Shown: one piece after another, positions 8,201 through 19,425 of the stretch
Position numbering within the stretch: position 1 is the stretch's first letter
How the letters are laid out: every line of letters starts with the position of its first letter
IMG/VR virus record: IMGVR_UViG_3300033120_000845
Coordinates: 1-64,000 of that record
Strand: one strand, 5' to 3'
DNA: 64,000 bases
DNA from: a virus
Lineage: Duplodnaviria > Caudoviricetes
Position numbers and translations under genes: made by a program
The notes under the pieces: model-generated
What the model was told of the DNA's origin: nothing
The model's database searches: none
Seen by the model: only the letters and a program-made list of their open reading frames with translations

Positions 8201-11200
8201 TATCTTAACGTTTATTTCTTTATTATCCACTTCTTACCACTTTTTACCACGATTTACCCTAAAAGTACTTTGAAATGCAAAGTGGATTTTTGGTGGGTGG
8301 TGGACTACCGACCTTATTAAACCTCATGTAACCCCTTATAAATCAAGACATTAGGGATAATATCTTTAAATCTTCTTTCATCTCCAAGAGCATTTGCATA
8401 GCGTCTTTATAGTCTTCGTTAGATATAGCTTCTGTTATTATATCTATATCGTTTATTAGTTTGTTTAGCATAATCTTTTTGTTTTTAGTTTTCTTTTGCG
8501 CGGAATTCCTTAAATATGGGATTCTCTCTAAGACTTATATAGAGCATTTTTCCCAAGATTAAGGATTTCTTTTTAATCTGCCAAACATTCTTTCAATTTC
8601 ACCTCTTCCAAAACAGCTAAGAATAAGTTTCTTTTATCTTTTGCTGTTGGCTCTTCCCAATTGTCCCACAATAAACTGTCGTTTGTGTGTTCTCTTAATA
8701 CTTCAATCTCTCCATTTATTTCTATTTCGGCGCATTTATAATAAGAGCCTCTTCCGTTACCTCTTTCCATAAAAGCATTGTGACAGATGATTTTTCCCTC
8801 TATACTGTTATTCTTTAATAACTGAGCTACTTTCTTTATAAAGGCTTTACTACCTCTTTCGTTGTAGTTGTCGTATATGTAGTTTGTTACTGAAAGTTTT
8901 TCTGTTGTCTTCATAATCTTTTTGTTTTAAGTTTTTTTTCGCGCCCAAACCTGAATCGAACAAGGTCGTACCTATTATTTCAGTACTCTACCATTTAAGG
9001 GCTTTTTAAATTATTGTTTTTGATATTTTTCTATTTCTGCGCCGTTTCCTATCTCAGCCGTTAACTTGTGAGCCTCAATTTTAGCGTACAAATTACCATG
9101 TACAGAATGGAATTCACCGTGGTAACGTTCAGGGATAAATAGACTGCCTTGTGTGTTTTCTGTTGTTGGTGTACTGCATCCTATCAAACTGAATAAGAGC
9201 GCAAATAGTATTAATAGTTTTTTCATAATTGTACTTCATTAAAGATTATACGTTCTACTTTTTGGAGTTCTTCTCCTTTTAAATTTTCTTTTGTCGCGCG
9301 GTATTCAATTTCTGCTTGTGTGTCTTCTTTTCCGCGCCAATAGCCTAAAAAGAAACTGCTCACTACTAACACAAGTAATAAGCCTATTAAAGCGATTTCT
9401 TTCATACCTAATTGAATTTTTTATTATACTCTTTACTTACTTGTTCATCTGTTAGGCTTGTAAGATAGTTAAATCTTTCTAAACTTCTTTTTTCGCTTAG
9501 TAGTATAGCTGTTAATTGCTCTGTTCTGTTCATAATTTCTATTTTTTAATTTTCTTTTTCCGGCGAAATTTATAGCAATACCACAAGACGATTGATGTCT
9601 TTTCTACGCAATACATAAAAAGTCTTGAAACCTCTCTCAACTTTTACGTAACTGCATTTTTCTTTTTGCATTGCTGCCCGCATTCCTGATACGCTCCCCG
9701 CATTTTCATACACTACTAAAGTAAGCCTTTCACTTTCTGTTAGTGGTTTGTCGTCTATAAATATAGTTTCCATGATTTTATTGATTGGTGGTTAAAACTC
9801 TTTCGTAGGCTTTTGTCATTTTGTCGTTGTCGGCATAATGTACATTTTTAATTTTTAACATCCATTCGTTAAAACCGTTTACTTTGGTTTTATTTACCGT
9901 TGATAATATTTTGATTGTCTTCATCTTTTTTGCGCGATTTTATAAATTATTTTAATTTTATAACGTTACATTATTTGCTAATTTTTCTGCAATTACTTCG
10001 CTTTTTAGTAAATAATCTACATAATCGACAAAGGCACAACGAATATCCGTACAATACTGATTTTGTGTATAGGTCTTTCTGTAATGCTCTTTAAATTGTG
10101 GATGATTTTCCCAAAAAGATGCGCGTATTTCTTTAAATGTTTTCATAATATTAAAGGTTTTCTTTTAATGTAAAAAATGCGTTTGATAAGTTATTCCAAT
10201 ACTCAGATAAAAATACGTCTTCCTGCTCTTCTGTCTCTATTTTATAACCCGCGTTTTTTGCATTTTCCAATATTTCAAAGTTATAAAAAGGAACAGTTAA
10301 AACAGAAGGAAGACCACGCAACCACTCAGAAAATAAAAATCTTTCGCTCTGGCGTTTGTTGTTTTCGTGTACGTATTCACGCTTGAAAATATTGTACAAA
10401 GTTTTAATTTTGTCGTACAAATAACCATCGTTGTTGATTCCGTAACCGTCAAAATTAATATTGTCTAAGATGGTTTTTTCAAAGAAAGTATAAACAGTTG
10501 TTTTCATAATGATATTTTTTAAATGATTAATTAATGTAAATTTAATGAATTTTTTTTTGATTGTGCAAATAAACTTCGTATTTATTTTAAAGTTTTAAAT
10601 TTGTGCCGTTGTTGTTATCGCTACAAATAAAGTCTTTACTTTCAACGGCTCAGATTTTTATTAGCTTCTTAGTGCCTGACCTGCTCCGTTTACTAATTGT
10701 TTAAAAATGGTTTTGATTGCTTGCATAATGTTAGTTTTTAGTGTTTAACTGTATTTTCTTTTTTTGGCGATACATTTAAAGAAACTAACTCTTTTTTATC
10801 TTCATCATAGCACGAAAACTGATATAATTTTTCTGCAAAGTCATTATCTTTTAAGAAAGAATTATTTCTTTTATTTCGTCTTTTTGCCGTTTCCACCATT
10901 TCACACAACCTTTCATAATTGTTGTAAAATGTATTGTAACCGAATTCTTTTAATATGTCAATAACTACGTTATTTAACGACTCGAATTTATGTCTATCTT
11001 GGAAAGTTAATTGTTTCATAATTTCGCGGATTAAAAAGTTAAAAATTAAAGTTTTCAAATAAAACGGCTATAAATAAAGCCACTAAAAAAGCGATAAACA
11101 AATTTCTATTAAAGTTTTTCATAATTAAAAATTTGTTAGTTGTTCCCCACAATCTGACAATCTATAAAAATCTATTGAATAGCTATTTTGTTGCATACAA

Positions 11201-11367
11201 TTACAACCGTCGAAATAACCTTCGCATTCTTTGTAGTCTTCCGCTTTACCTGTCCATGCAGTATCAAAACGTAATAATTCGGACGCTTTTAATTTCTCTT
11301 TGTTGTTATTTTCGTTTATAAAAATAGCATTCCCTTTTTTACTAAAATCTAAATTATATTTTTTCAT
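5282..11367 (-). other. cluster of >20 small co-oriented hypothetical ORFs (probable early/host-takeover region)
   Basis: Dense 60-120 aa ORFs (e.g. 5934-6185, 6290-6508, 6514-6780, 6785-7030, 7651-7887, 8573-8914, 9011-9226 lipoprotein-like LIGC, 9958-10146, 10151-10507, 11125-11367), many starting MKT after AT-rich leaders. Confidence 0.7.
7557..7940. repeat. near-identical ~32-bp direct repeat AAACTCGCCGCAAAAAAG(G)AAT(A/T)AAACAGAA at 7557 and 7910
   Basis: Direct sequence comparison; a related copy lies at 26366-26391. Confidence 0.75.
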
Positions 11368-11649
11368 AATGTTAATTTTTAAAAGTTTTTGTACAATATT
11401 GTACTTTAGTCCCCTTTGTTCGTTTCGCTCGAATAAACTAAAAACTATTTAGCAAAGGGATTGTATTATTTTTCTTTGCCCGCATTCCACCGACAACAAA
11501 AAATAAAAATTAATCTTTTTTTATTTCTAATACTTCAATAATATAAGGGTTGTCCGTTGGGTTTAATTCGTCGTAATAGTTTTCCCAATCTTCTGGAGTA
11601 GCAAAGTCTTTTGCTACAACGTTACCGCAATAAGAATAAATAACTGTTA

Positions 11650-12730
11650 TCATCTTTTTAAATTTTAATTAAACAAAATTAACTATACAAATATAAAAAT
11701 AAAATTTAAATTACCAAAGAAAAAAGTAATAAATTTAAATTTTAACATTTGCAGTATTTTTAGAACGTTGCGCAATAACAACATAACAAAGATAAAAATT
11801 ATTTTTAATATACAAAACAGTTTTATTAAAAATTAGAAATTTAGAATTATTCTAAATAAGTAAAATAATTTGCATATTTAAAAAGTTTTTTGTATAATAA
11901 ACGCGCACGCCTGTACATATTATTAAAAGCCGCGAAAAAGATAAAGATCAGTTAAAAACCAATTACAAGCCACACAATAAAAGATAAAGTATATAAACAT
12001 ACTCAAGTATTAAAACTTTGAGAAAGTGCCACAAATGAAAAATTGAATTATGCAAATAAAAATTGTTAAATTTTTGTACCTGTAAAAAATAATTAATATA
12101 CAACTGATTAAGATAATTTATAATAAGAACAAATAAAAATAATAAGGTAGTCTTTAACTTTTTGCCGCGCATAAAAAATAAAACGATAAAAACAAATAAA
12201 ACCGTTAAAAGTTATCAACAAAAAAACATTTCTAAAATGAAAATCAAAAAACTGATTTTGGAAATTTGGAATTAGTCTAAATAAAAGTAGGCGGGTATGG
12301 AGTAAAAGCGTCCGAGATTTGGGGAGTCTGTTGTATTAGTACCAACTCACATATTCACGTATAGCTATTTTTTAAACAGGCACACATTCACGTATCATAC
12401 ATTTTTAAAAGTTCTCCCCACCAAATTTAAATCTTTTATATAATGACTTTTTCACTACTAACAATTTTATTTTTTAATCACTCCCTCTCAAAAACACATA
12501 CAATTATCCTTCTTGCATCCAATAACATTAATCTCCACACACTTTAAACCAATTAAGCTAAGAATTAGCCTTTATAAGACGTTTTTACTTAAAAGTGATA
12601 GTTAGATATATTTGATATAAAAATAATGGCTTAAAACGAGTGTAACGAGTAAGTAACGAACGAAGTGAGTAATCAATGAATTAAATTAAAAAAGAACATC
12701 CCCACACCAATTAAGATATGAGGATGGGGG
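11650..12730. other. long AT-rich non-coding region (candidate genome terminus, origin or early promoter region)
   Basis: No credible ORF; several TAnnTTTG boxes; short direct repeats (ATTCACGTAT x2; AACGA tandem). Confidence 0.45.
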
Positions 12731-12732
12731 GT

Positions 12733-14188
12733 CTAATTAATTGCAATGCCTTTATTAGGTTCAATTGTTAAATCGTATAAGTCTTCTTTTAAGATATTTA
12801 GATTACTTATTAAGTATTGTGTTCGGTGTTGTGCTCTGATTATTTCTTTTAATAAACCTTCTCCTGTTATTTCAGGGTCTATAATAAAATCTCTTGGATT
12901 TGGAACATCTTTTGAAATTATTTCTCTTAATGAGTGTAATTCATTCATTATTTGTCCTAATCTGTTGTTTATTTCTTCTTGTGTGTTTTTAATGTTTTCT
13001 AATGTCATTTTATTTCTGTTTTTAATTTATTTCCGCCAAATTTAAATAATAGTCTTCTACTTCAGACATTTGTCTTAAATATCTTTTTTCTAATTGTTGT
13101 ATTCGTCCCACCAAAGAAAAGGTATCCTTATCATCTTCTCTTGGAATGTTTAAATCATCTAAATATTGGTGGGCACATTCTACTGCTTCTTTATAGTAAT
13201 TATTCATTTTTATATTTCTGTTGTTTAATTCTTTTTCGCGATTTTAAATCTTAAATTATTTATAATGTATGTTTTATTTCCCCAACACTCTACTTCAATT
13301 GTAGCCACGCTTTCTATGAATTTAAATGTTTCATCAGATACATTTATTTCTATATATTCCTCAATAGGTTCATAGCTCGGTTGAAATAGATTTAGCCCTG
13401 TACTACAAAACTCGTTCATTATCTCTTCAATAATCCTTGTATCAGGAGGAGTTAAGCTAATAAACTTCCCTGTTTTTGTTATTAGTGTTTTCATATTTAA
13501 AATATTTCACATAATATTGGATGTCCTTTTTTATAAACTCTTTTTATTTTTGTTTCGGGCGGTAACTCTTTACATTCTGAAACGGGGAAACAACCATTCT
13601 CAGGATTATCTTTGTCAATGTAATAATCCTCATGTAATTGTTCTGCTTCAATTTCGGTGATTACATCCTCCGCATCTTCTCTCCAAAGAATTACATTTTT
13701 GTTTAATTCTGATTCTGGTAAATTGTTACAGAAATCTTTTAATTGTCTAAAATTCATTTTCTATCGTTATTAAATTTAACTATGTACTATACAAAATGGA
13801 TTACTACATGTCTCAGGGTGCTGTGTACAATGTGTGTTTCCTTCTTCTGTTTCTACGTCTTTTCTTTTCATTGTTCTATTGTTATTATATTTAATCTATT
13901 AGCTCTCTTTAAAAGTTTTTTAATTGTTCTATATGTTTGTTTCCAATTAAATCTTTTTCTTTCTAATTCTTCTGAGCACTCTTTTTTAAATTCTTTTTTG
14001 CCGCAATTTAAAAAGAAGTCTATATTGTCATAAAAACATTCTTCTGCTCCAATAGTTCCTGTGCTCACTTCAATATATCCAAAGTTAATAAGTTTCTTTT
14101 TATGCTTCTTTAAGTTTTCTTTTACGGAAATTGATAATGTTACATCGTCTAAATGTAAATTTACTTCTGTGTGTATTTTATCTTTCAT
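12733..14188 (-). other. run of five small hypothetical ORFs
   Basis: ORFs 12733-13008, 13022-13207, 13225-13494, 13497-13757, 13868-14188, co-oriented. Confidence 0.65.
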
Positions 14189-14508
14189 AATTTTTCTTTC
14201 ACTTCCTGTCTGTTTTCTTCAAACTCTTCTTTTTATTTAATTTTTTTAATTTCGCGCGAAAAAGAGTCTTTAACAAACAATCTTCTTTCTTCTTGGACAG
14301 CTAATTCTTCTTTCTGTTTCTTTAAGTTGTTTATTTTCTCCGTTTAATTCTTTTTCTTTATTATTTGCGCAATTATGCACTGAGAAAAGTAGTAAAATCA
14401 CTACTACTATGTAAATCCAATTTTTTTAATATTTTCTTTCATTATTTTATTTTAAAATTTCGAGAAATAAGTCACTTAATCCTTTTATTTATAAGGCTTG
14501 ACACTCTG

Positions 14509-14545
14509 TTGCGTATATATATATATAATAATTACCTGCAAGTGC
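14509..14545 (+). mobile_element. left junction of cassette 6 (half-site resembling one arm of terminal site SD)
   Basis: TTGCGTATAT(AT)n AATA-ATTACCTGCAAGTGC; the last 15 nt are complementary (11/15) to GCACCAACAGGTAAC at 15520-15534. Confidence 0.6.
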
Positions 14546-14561
14546 TACATTGGTGCTTTGA

Positions 14562-15467
14562 TTAAACATTTTCATTAGAAAAATTATTAAAAATTTCCCC
14601 ACCTTTTAAAAAAGAAAAAATATGAGCAATCACATCAACAGTCCACCCGTTTCCTATTGCTTTATATCTTTGCGTGTCGCTGAAACCAATTGTGTAATCA
14701 ATTGGTAGAGTTTGAAGTATTTCACATTCCTTTGGTGTTAATCTTCTTAATATACCGTTGGATTCTACAATCTGCCCTTCTCTACTATTACTATTATTTT
14801 TGTAATATGTTGCAAACAAACATTTAGATTTATTAGCAACTAAATCAAACCCTTGTTTTTCCCTTACTCGTTCCACAGCACGTTCTGTTAAATAATACTT
14901 TTCATCAACATCGGTTTCAATTATATTTCTAAAATCCAAACCTAAATCAATGGGTTGTTTTACATTCGGTATATTAGTCCAATACAATCTATTACGTCTT
15001 TGATGGCTTAATAATGCTGAATTTATCTTTATAGGTTTTACCCCCAATGCTTCTGAGATTAAATCCTCCCATTCTTTTTTCATTACAACATTTTCAAGTA
15101 AAAAGTATTTTGGTTTAGTTTCATTTAAAACTCTTACATATTCCCAAAATAAACCACTCTTACCTTCAAATCCAACCTTATCACCCATTTCTTCACGATA
15201 TAAACCCATTGTACTAAATGATTGACAAGGTGAGCCACCAATAAGTAAATCAATTTTTGGTAATTCACTTGCTTTTACGTCCACTACACTTCCTATATGT
15301 TTTGTATTTGGGTAATTCCTTTTACACATCTGAATTGCATAACCATCAATTTCAGAAGCGAAATAGTTTTCAATACCAATATCTGCTCGTTCAAGTGCAA
15401 TTTGTCCGCAACTAATACCATCAAATAATGATAATACGTTTATTTTTTCTTTTTTGCCTACGCTCAT
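14562..15467 (-). CDS. dcm: DNA (cytosine-5) methyltransferase, cassette 6
   Basis: Motif I LSLFDGISCG, motif IV GGSPCQ, motif VI ENV, motif VIII QRRNRLYW, motif X IGNGWTV. Confidence 0.92.
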   Translation of the reverse strand: MSVGKKEKINVLSLFDGISCGQIALERADIGIENYFASEIDGYAIQMCKRNYPNTKHIGSVVDVKASELPKIDLLIGGSPCQSFSTMGLYREEMGDKVGFEGKSGLFWEYVRVLNETKPKYFLLENVVMKKEWEDLISEALGVKPIKINSALLSHQRRNRLYWTNIPNVKQPIDLGLDFRNIIETDVDEKYYLTERAVERVREKQGFDLVANKSKCLFATYYKNNSNSREGQIVESNGILRRLTPKECEILQTLPIDYTIGFSDTQRYKAIGNGWTVDVIAHIFSFLKGGEIFNNFSNENV

Positions 15468-15527
15468 TTTTAATAATTTTTTGTTTAGTATTTCAATTTA
15501 AGTTTTCCGTTAATTAACCGCACCAAC

Positions 15528-15657
15528 AGGTAACACGTGCTATAAGCAATAGCGGGTTCTGTGCTATCCGAAAGTTTCTGCTGTTTATTATCGTTTGTCA
15601 TAATTTGAAAGTTCTTTGTTATTAATCCGCTACTGCTCATAGCACCATACGTTATCT
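15528..15657 (+). mobile_element. attC-like hairpin site S6
   Basis: AGGTAAC-ac-GTGCTATAAGCAATAGCGG-loop-CCGCTACTGCTCATAGCAC-catac-GTTATCT; GTTA overlaps the stop of ORF 15652..15846. Confidence 0.85.
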
Positions 15658-15846
15658 TACACAGCTACAATTACATTTAGGATGGTTATACATTCTAAGA
15701 GAGGGTTTTGATTTTTCTCTCAGTTCTTTATTCTCTGTTTCTAATTCTTTTACGCGCGAATTTTGTTTTTCTAACTCATATAGTGAATAGATGAATAGTG
15801 AAAAACCTAATACTGCTAAAATTACTAATGGTTTATTTGTGTTCAT
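15652..15846 (-). CDS. small membrane-anchored coiled-coil protein
   Basis: N-terminal TM helix followed by a coiled coil. Confidence 0.6.
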   Translation of the reverse strand: MNTNKPLVILAVLGFSLFIYSLYELEKQNSRVKELETENKELREKSKPSLRMYNHPKCNCSCVR

Positions 15847-16108
15847 AGTACTCTTCTAATATTTTATATTGTTCTTCTGTTAAATTAAATATCTTTCTAA
15901 ATCTTTCTTTTCCGCCGATTTCAATAGGTAAGTAAGAATTTCCACCACGTAAAGAATAGCCTAAAATTAAATCTTTCTTGAATGAATCTCCTAATTCAAA
16001 TATCTTTTTGTCATTCACCCCGATAAAGTGGTTTTCATTTGTCAGAATTGTAAATCTATGACCTCTTTGCCATAAATCGAGCAGATACGTTAAACAATTT
16101 ACTTTCAT
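15833..16108 (-). CDS. hypothetical protein
   Basis: 91-aa ORF overlapping the neighbouring start. Confidence 0.6.
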   Translation of the reverse strand: MKVNCLTYLLDLWQRGHRFTILTNENHFIGVNDKKIFELGDSFKKDLILGYSLRGGNSYLPIEIGGKERFRKIFNLTEEQYKILEEYYEHK

Positions 16109-16392
16109 AAAAATCTTGTTTCTGATTCATTTCCTACAATTTCTACAGATATTGTCTCTCTACCTTTAGGTGTAATAAACTCACTCTTCAATAAATTCTC
16201 TTCAATTTTCTCTTTTGCTTTATCAAAACTTTCCGCTAAACAAAAATATTCTCCAATTTTACTTTTTACTTTGTATAAGTTCATAATTATAATTTATTTT
16301 TGACAAATTTACAAAATATTTTTCACATAAAAAAGAAAAACAGCAAAAATTTTCTACAAAGTTTCACTAAAAACAAAAAAAAAGAGAACCAA

Positions 16393-16884
16393 TTAGGCTC
16401 TCTTAGTGATATTGAATTCAAAATCTTTTGGTGCTTTTGTTGTCCCGCCGAAATAAGGTCTTAAAATAATTTTCGGAAACCATAATTTCCATCCACTCAT
16501 TCTAAGTAGATAAAGACTGTTATTATTTACTTTAACGAAATAATTATGCTTACTTATTTTAATTTCAAATACGTTTTCTTCATCCTGATTTACAAAACAA
16601 AGTGGAGTTATTGTTCTTTCTCCATTCATATATCTGATAACTAAGATTTCTGTTTTATTTTCTTCTTCGCACCACCTCCAACCGATTCTCACACTTGATT
16701 TATGGTGATGATAACTGTCAGAGAACCCAATGATTTTATTAGTGTCTTTCTGTTTATCAATTTCATAACTGAAATCGCCGATTAATTTAAAAGTCCCACA
16801 TAATTTCCGCGAAAAAGTAAAAAACGGAAAGAAATTAAAATTACAATAATGACTATTCTTTTCTATTAAAAACCGCATACACAC
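16393..16884 (-). CDS. hypothetical protein (beta-rich)
   Basis: 163-aa ORF. Confidence 0.65.
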   Translation of the reverse strand: MCMRFLIEKNSHYCNFNFFPFFTFSRKLCGTFKLIGDFSYEIDKQKDTNKIIGFSDSYHHHKSSVRIGWRWCEEENKTEILVIRYMNGERTITPLCFVNQDEENVFEIKISKHNYFVKVNNNSLYLLRMSGWKLWFPKIILRPYFGGTTKAPKDFEFNITKRA

Positions 16885-17028
16885 CTTTAATTAAAAAGAA
16901 AATAAAAATCGCCGAAAAAGAATATAAAAAATAATAAGATTCCTCATACTCCTGAAAAAAAGAAGCTATAAAAATACCAATCATAGTCAGTAGTGCCCAA
17001 AATAAGTCACTAAATAAAAATTTATTCA

Positions 17029-17316
17029 TTATAAATGTGTTTTAAATGTTGTATTAAACTGTTTATTATAATTTTCTATTTGAAATTTTATTTCCGCGCA
17101 AGTTTCAAAATTAGACCACAGCTCAAAGAAACTAAGGAGAATTAAAAGATTGTTTATATCATATAACCTAAGAATATTAATATAGTCATCTCTGTCAGAA
17201 TATCGGATAATTTCATTGAATTCTATATCTTCGGGAAATACTCCATCAGGGATAAAAGCTATATGTAATTTCCAAAACTCTTTTAATTCTTCAACGGTAA
17301 GTTTCTTTGTAATCAT
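17029..17316 (-). CDS. hypothetical protein
   Basis: 95-aa ORF. Confidence 0.6.
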   Translation of the reverse strand: MITKKLTVEELKEFWKLHIAFIPDGVFPEDIEFNEIIRYSDRDDYINILRLYDINNLLILLSFFELWSNFETCAEIKFQIENYNKQFNTTFKTHL

Positions 17317-17424
17317 TCCCTATAAATAAGATTCTTTATTTTAATAATATTGTAAAATCATTCTTGCGCTTGTCTATTGAATTTTGGAAGGCTTTAGTTA
17401 TGAACAGGACTTTAGTCAACCAAT

Positions 17425-17649
17425 ATGAAACAACATTTTTACAAATTAAAAGACATAGTTGACATAAGCGTTTTTATATTAACTATGTGGCTATCTTTTT
17501 TAATTTTTGTTGGCTATACACTAAAAGAATACACTTGTGTTACCCTTTCATTTTATTGGACAATAATTCTTTTTTATATACTTCCTTTTCTTGTAATAAT
17601 TCTTTCTTTTTTACAAAAAACGATATCAATATCACAAAAAAGACAATAA
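17425..17649 (+). CDS. small 2-TM membrane protein, probably in a truncated cassette
   Basis: Plus-strand hydrophobic ORF in a minus-strand region, left of site SA. Confidence 0.45.
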   Translation: MKQHFYKLKDIVDISVFILTMWLSFLIFVGYTLKEYTCVTLSFYWTIILFYILPFLVIILSFLQKTISISQKRQ

Positions 17650-17777
17650 CAAAAGATAATGATAATGCACATCGTAATTCAGGAACAGATAGAGCCTTAT
17701 TTAACTTTAAATAGGTTTCATATTCATACATTGAAATTCAATATTTTTTCTAACAGTTAACGTTGAGCCAAGCTTAC

Positions 17778-17911
17778 CGCTAACGTTTTGTGGCTTTATG
17801 AAGTTGCGTGCCTCCAAAACAGCCGTTAATAAATTTTTTCTTTTCTTCCCGCACGCACGGAAAATTCCAAACACACCCTAAACAAGCAATTTCATAAAAC
17901 CTCTGTTAGCA
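17778..17911 (-). mobile_element. attC-like hairpin site SA (inverted relative to S0-S6)
   Basis: CGCTAAC-gttttgt-GGCTTTATGAAGTTGC-loop-GCAATTTCATAAAACC-tct-GTTAGCA; its reverse complement has the S1-S5 architecture. Confidence 0.85.
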
Positions 17912-17970
17912 GTAGTATTTTCTTTCAAACTTAGTAAATTTATTTTATCTTCGTCAAAAGATATTTAATT

Positions 17971-18267
17971 ATGATACATAAAGATAATATAAGCACCGAA
18001 CATTATATAAACTCAATAGCTCCCGACTACTACATTGAATTACCTTTCAGACCGGAAGAAAAAATAGAAGAGAAAGATGTTACTTGTGTATTCTCTATTA
18101 TTACAGAACCTTTAAAATTAAGATGTGTAGGCATTGATTATTTCGATATGATTGATAACGATGTTTTATTAGATAAACGTTACGGAGAATATTTGCCAAG
18201 TCATATATACGTTTTTAAAGGAAGACCTTTTGATATTGAAGCTGAAAGAAACAGACTAATTATCTAA
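17971..18267 (+). CDS. hypothetical protein, cassette 7
   Basis: 98-aa ORF between SA and SB. Confidence 0.7.
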   Translation: MIHKDNISTEHYINSIAPDYYIELPFRPEEKIEEKDVTCVFSIITEPLKLRCVGIDYFDMIDNDVLLDKRYGEYLPSHIYVFKGRPFDIEAERNRLII

Positions 18268-18453
18268 AAGATTTTTATAGAACTTATCGTTTGATGTATA
18301 ACTCTCAACACCTCTTAATTGAACTGTTGCTGATTTTCCGCAATCTTTTAAATACTCACAAAATTCTTCAAGGTCTTTATACTCTCTACTTTGAAAGTTT
18401 TCAAGTATTTGAGATGCTAATTTAGAAAAGTATTTTTCCTTATTATTGTCCAT
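18256..18453 (-). CDS. hypothetical protein, cassette 7 (convergent)
   Basis: 65-aa ORF convergent with 17971..18267. Confidence 0.55.
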   Translation of the reverse strand: MDNNKEKYFSKLASQILENFQSREYKDLEEFCEYLKDCGKSATVQLRGVESYTSNDKFYKNLLDN

Positions 18454-18487
18454 AATATTTATTTACAGCAGTTTATCGTAATATTAC

Positions 18488-18620
18488 TGCTAACGTCCCG
18501 CCAGCTTTGTGAAGGTGCAATTTTCACTCACTAACGATGGATTAATAATTAATTTTTATTCTTGCACCAAAACTTTAAATTAAACCTTTAGTTGCACTTT
18601 CACAAAACTGCCTGTTGTGC
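18488..18620 (-). mobile_element. attC-like hairpin site SB
   Basis: TGCTAAC-gtcccgc-CAGCTTTGTGAAGGTGCAA-loop-TTGCACTTTCACAAAACTG-cct-GTTGTGC. Confidence 0.85.
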
Positions 18621-18628
18621 GTTCGTTG

Positions 18629-18925
18629 TTATTCTTCTTTCGCATTTCTTATCAAATACGCTCCTGCAATTGCCATTAAACCAAAATATAAAGGTGTCGC
18701 AGATGTGTATCCCGCACCTCCACCATCATTATAAAAAGCCCCACCTGACCATTCAGAGCTTAGATTACTCATTTGTATTATAGCACCACAATCTTTTATT
18801 AACAGATTTATTGTAAATAGTAAAACCGATAATACAGGTGGAAATAGTAAAATGTAACCAATTGTTTTTTGAATATTTTTCATAATATTTAGTTTTAAAT
18901 TATCTGAGTTGTTTTTAATTTTCAC
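18629..18925 (-). CDS. 2-TM membrane protein, cassette 8
   Basis: Hydrophobic segments GYILLFPPVLSVLLFTI and LYFGLMAIAGAYLI. Confidence 0.7.
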   Translation of the reverse strand: MKIKNNSDNLKLNIMKNIQKTIGYILLFPPVLSVLLFTINLLIKDCGAIIQMSNLSSEWSGGAFYNDGGGAGYTSATPLYFGLMAIAGAYLIRNAKEE

Positions 18926-18969
18926 TAAGTTCTGAAAATTTTTCTTACGTTTACATTTTAATTTTCAAT

Positions 18970-19425
18970 ATGGAAGATTTAATAAAACTAACAGAAAAAA
19001 TACATCCAACAGCTACGAGATTTTTCATTAATCATTTTTTTGTTGCATTATTTTGGTTTATTCCGTTCATAATGTTTAAAAAGGAATTTTTAGATTACTC
19101 ATTTCACATACAAATGATATTAGTTTTCTGCATAAGTTTAATTTGGTATCTTGTTAGCTGTGTTATAAATGTAATATTATTGAATATATTCAATCTTGTT
19201 GATAAATACGGATACTACTTATTAGAGCTTACTACAGTTTTTACAATATTATTTTTATGCGCTTTAATAAATGTTGGATACTATTATTCATTTACAATCA
19301 CTAAATTTCTAAAGCTTTCTTTTATACCTATTGTAATTACGCCCTTTACAATATTCCTAGTAATCGAGCTGTTGTTTTTGATATTAAAAGGAATATTGAA
19401 AGTACAAAAAAAGCAAAATAACTAA
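18970..19425 (+). CDS. 4-TM membrane protein, cassette 8
   Basis: 151 aa with four hydrophobic helices. Confidence 0.7.
   Translation: MEDLIKLTEKIHPTATRFFINHFFVALFWFIPFIMFKKEFLDYSFHIQMILVFCISLIWYLVSCVINVILLNIFNLVDKYGYYLLELTTVFTILFLCALINVGYYYSFTITKFLKLSFIPIVITPFTIFLVIELLFLILKGILKVQKKQNN

Noticed and set aside
11963-12172. 69-aa minus-strand ORF in the non-coding region
   Set aside because: Low-complexity F/L/I/Y composition typical of translated AT-rich non-coding DNA, with no supporting context.
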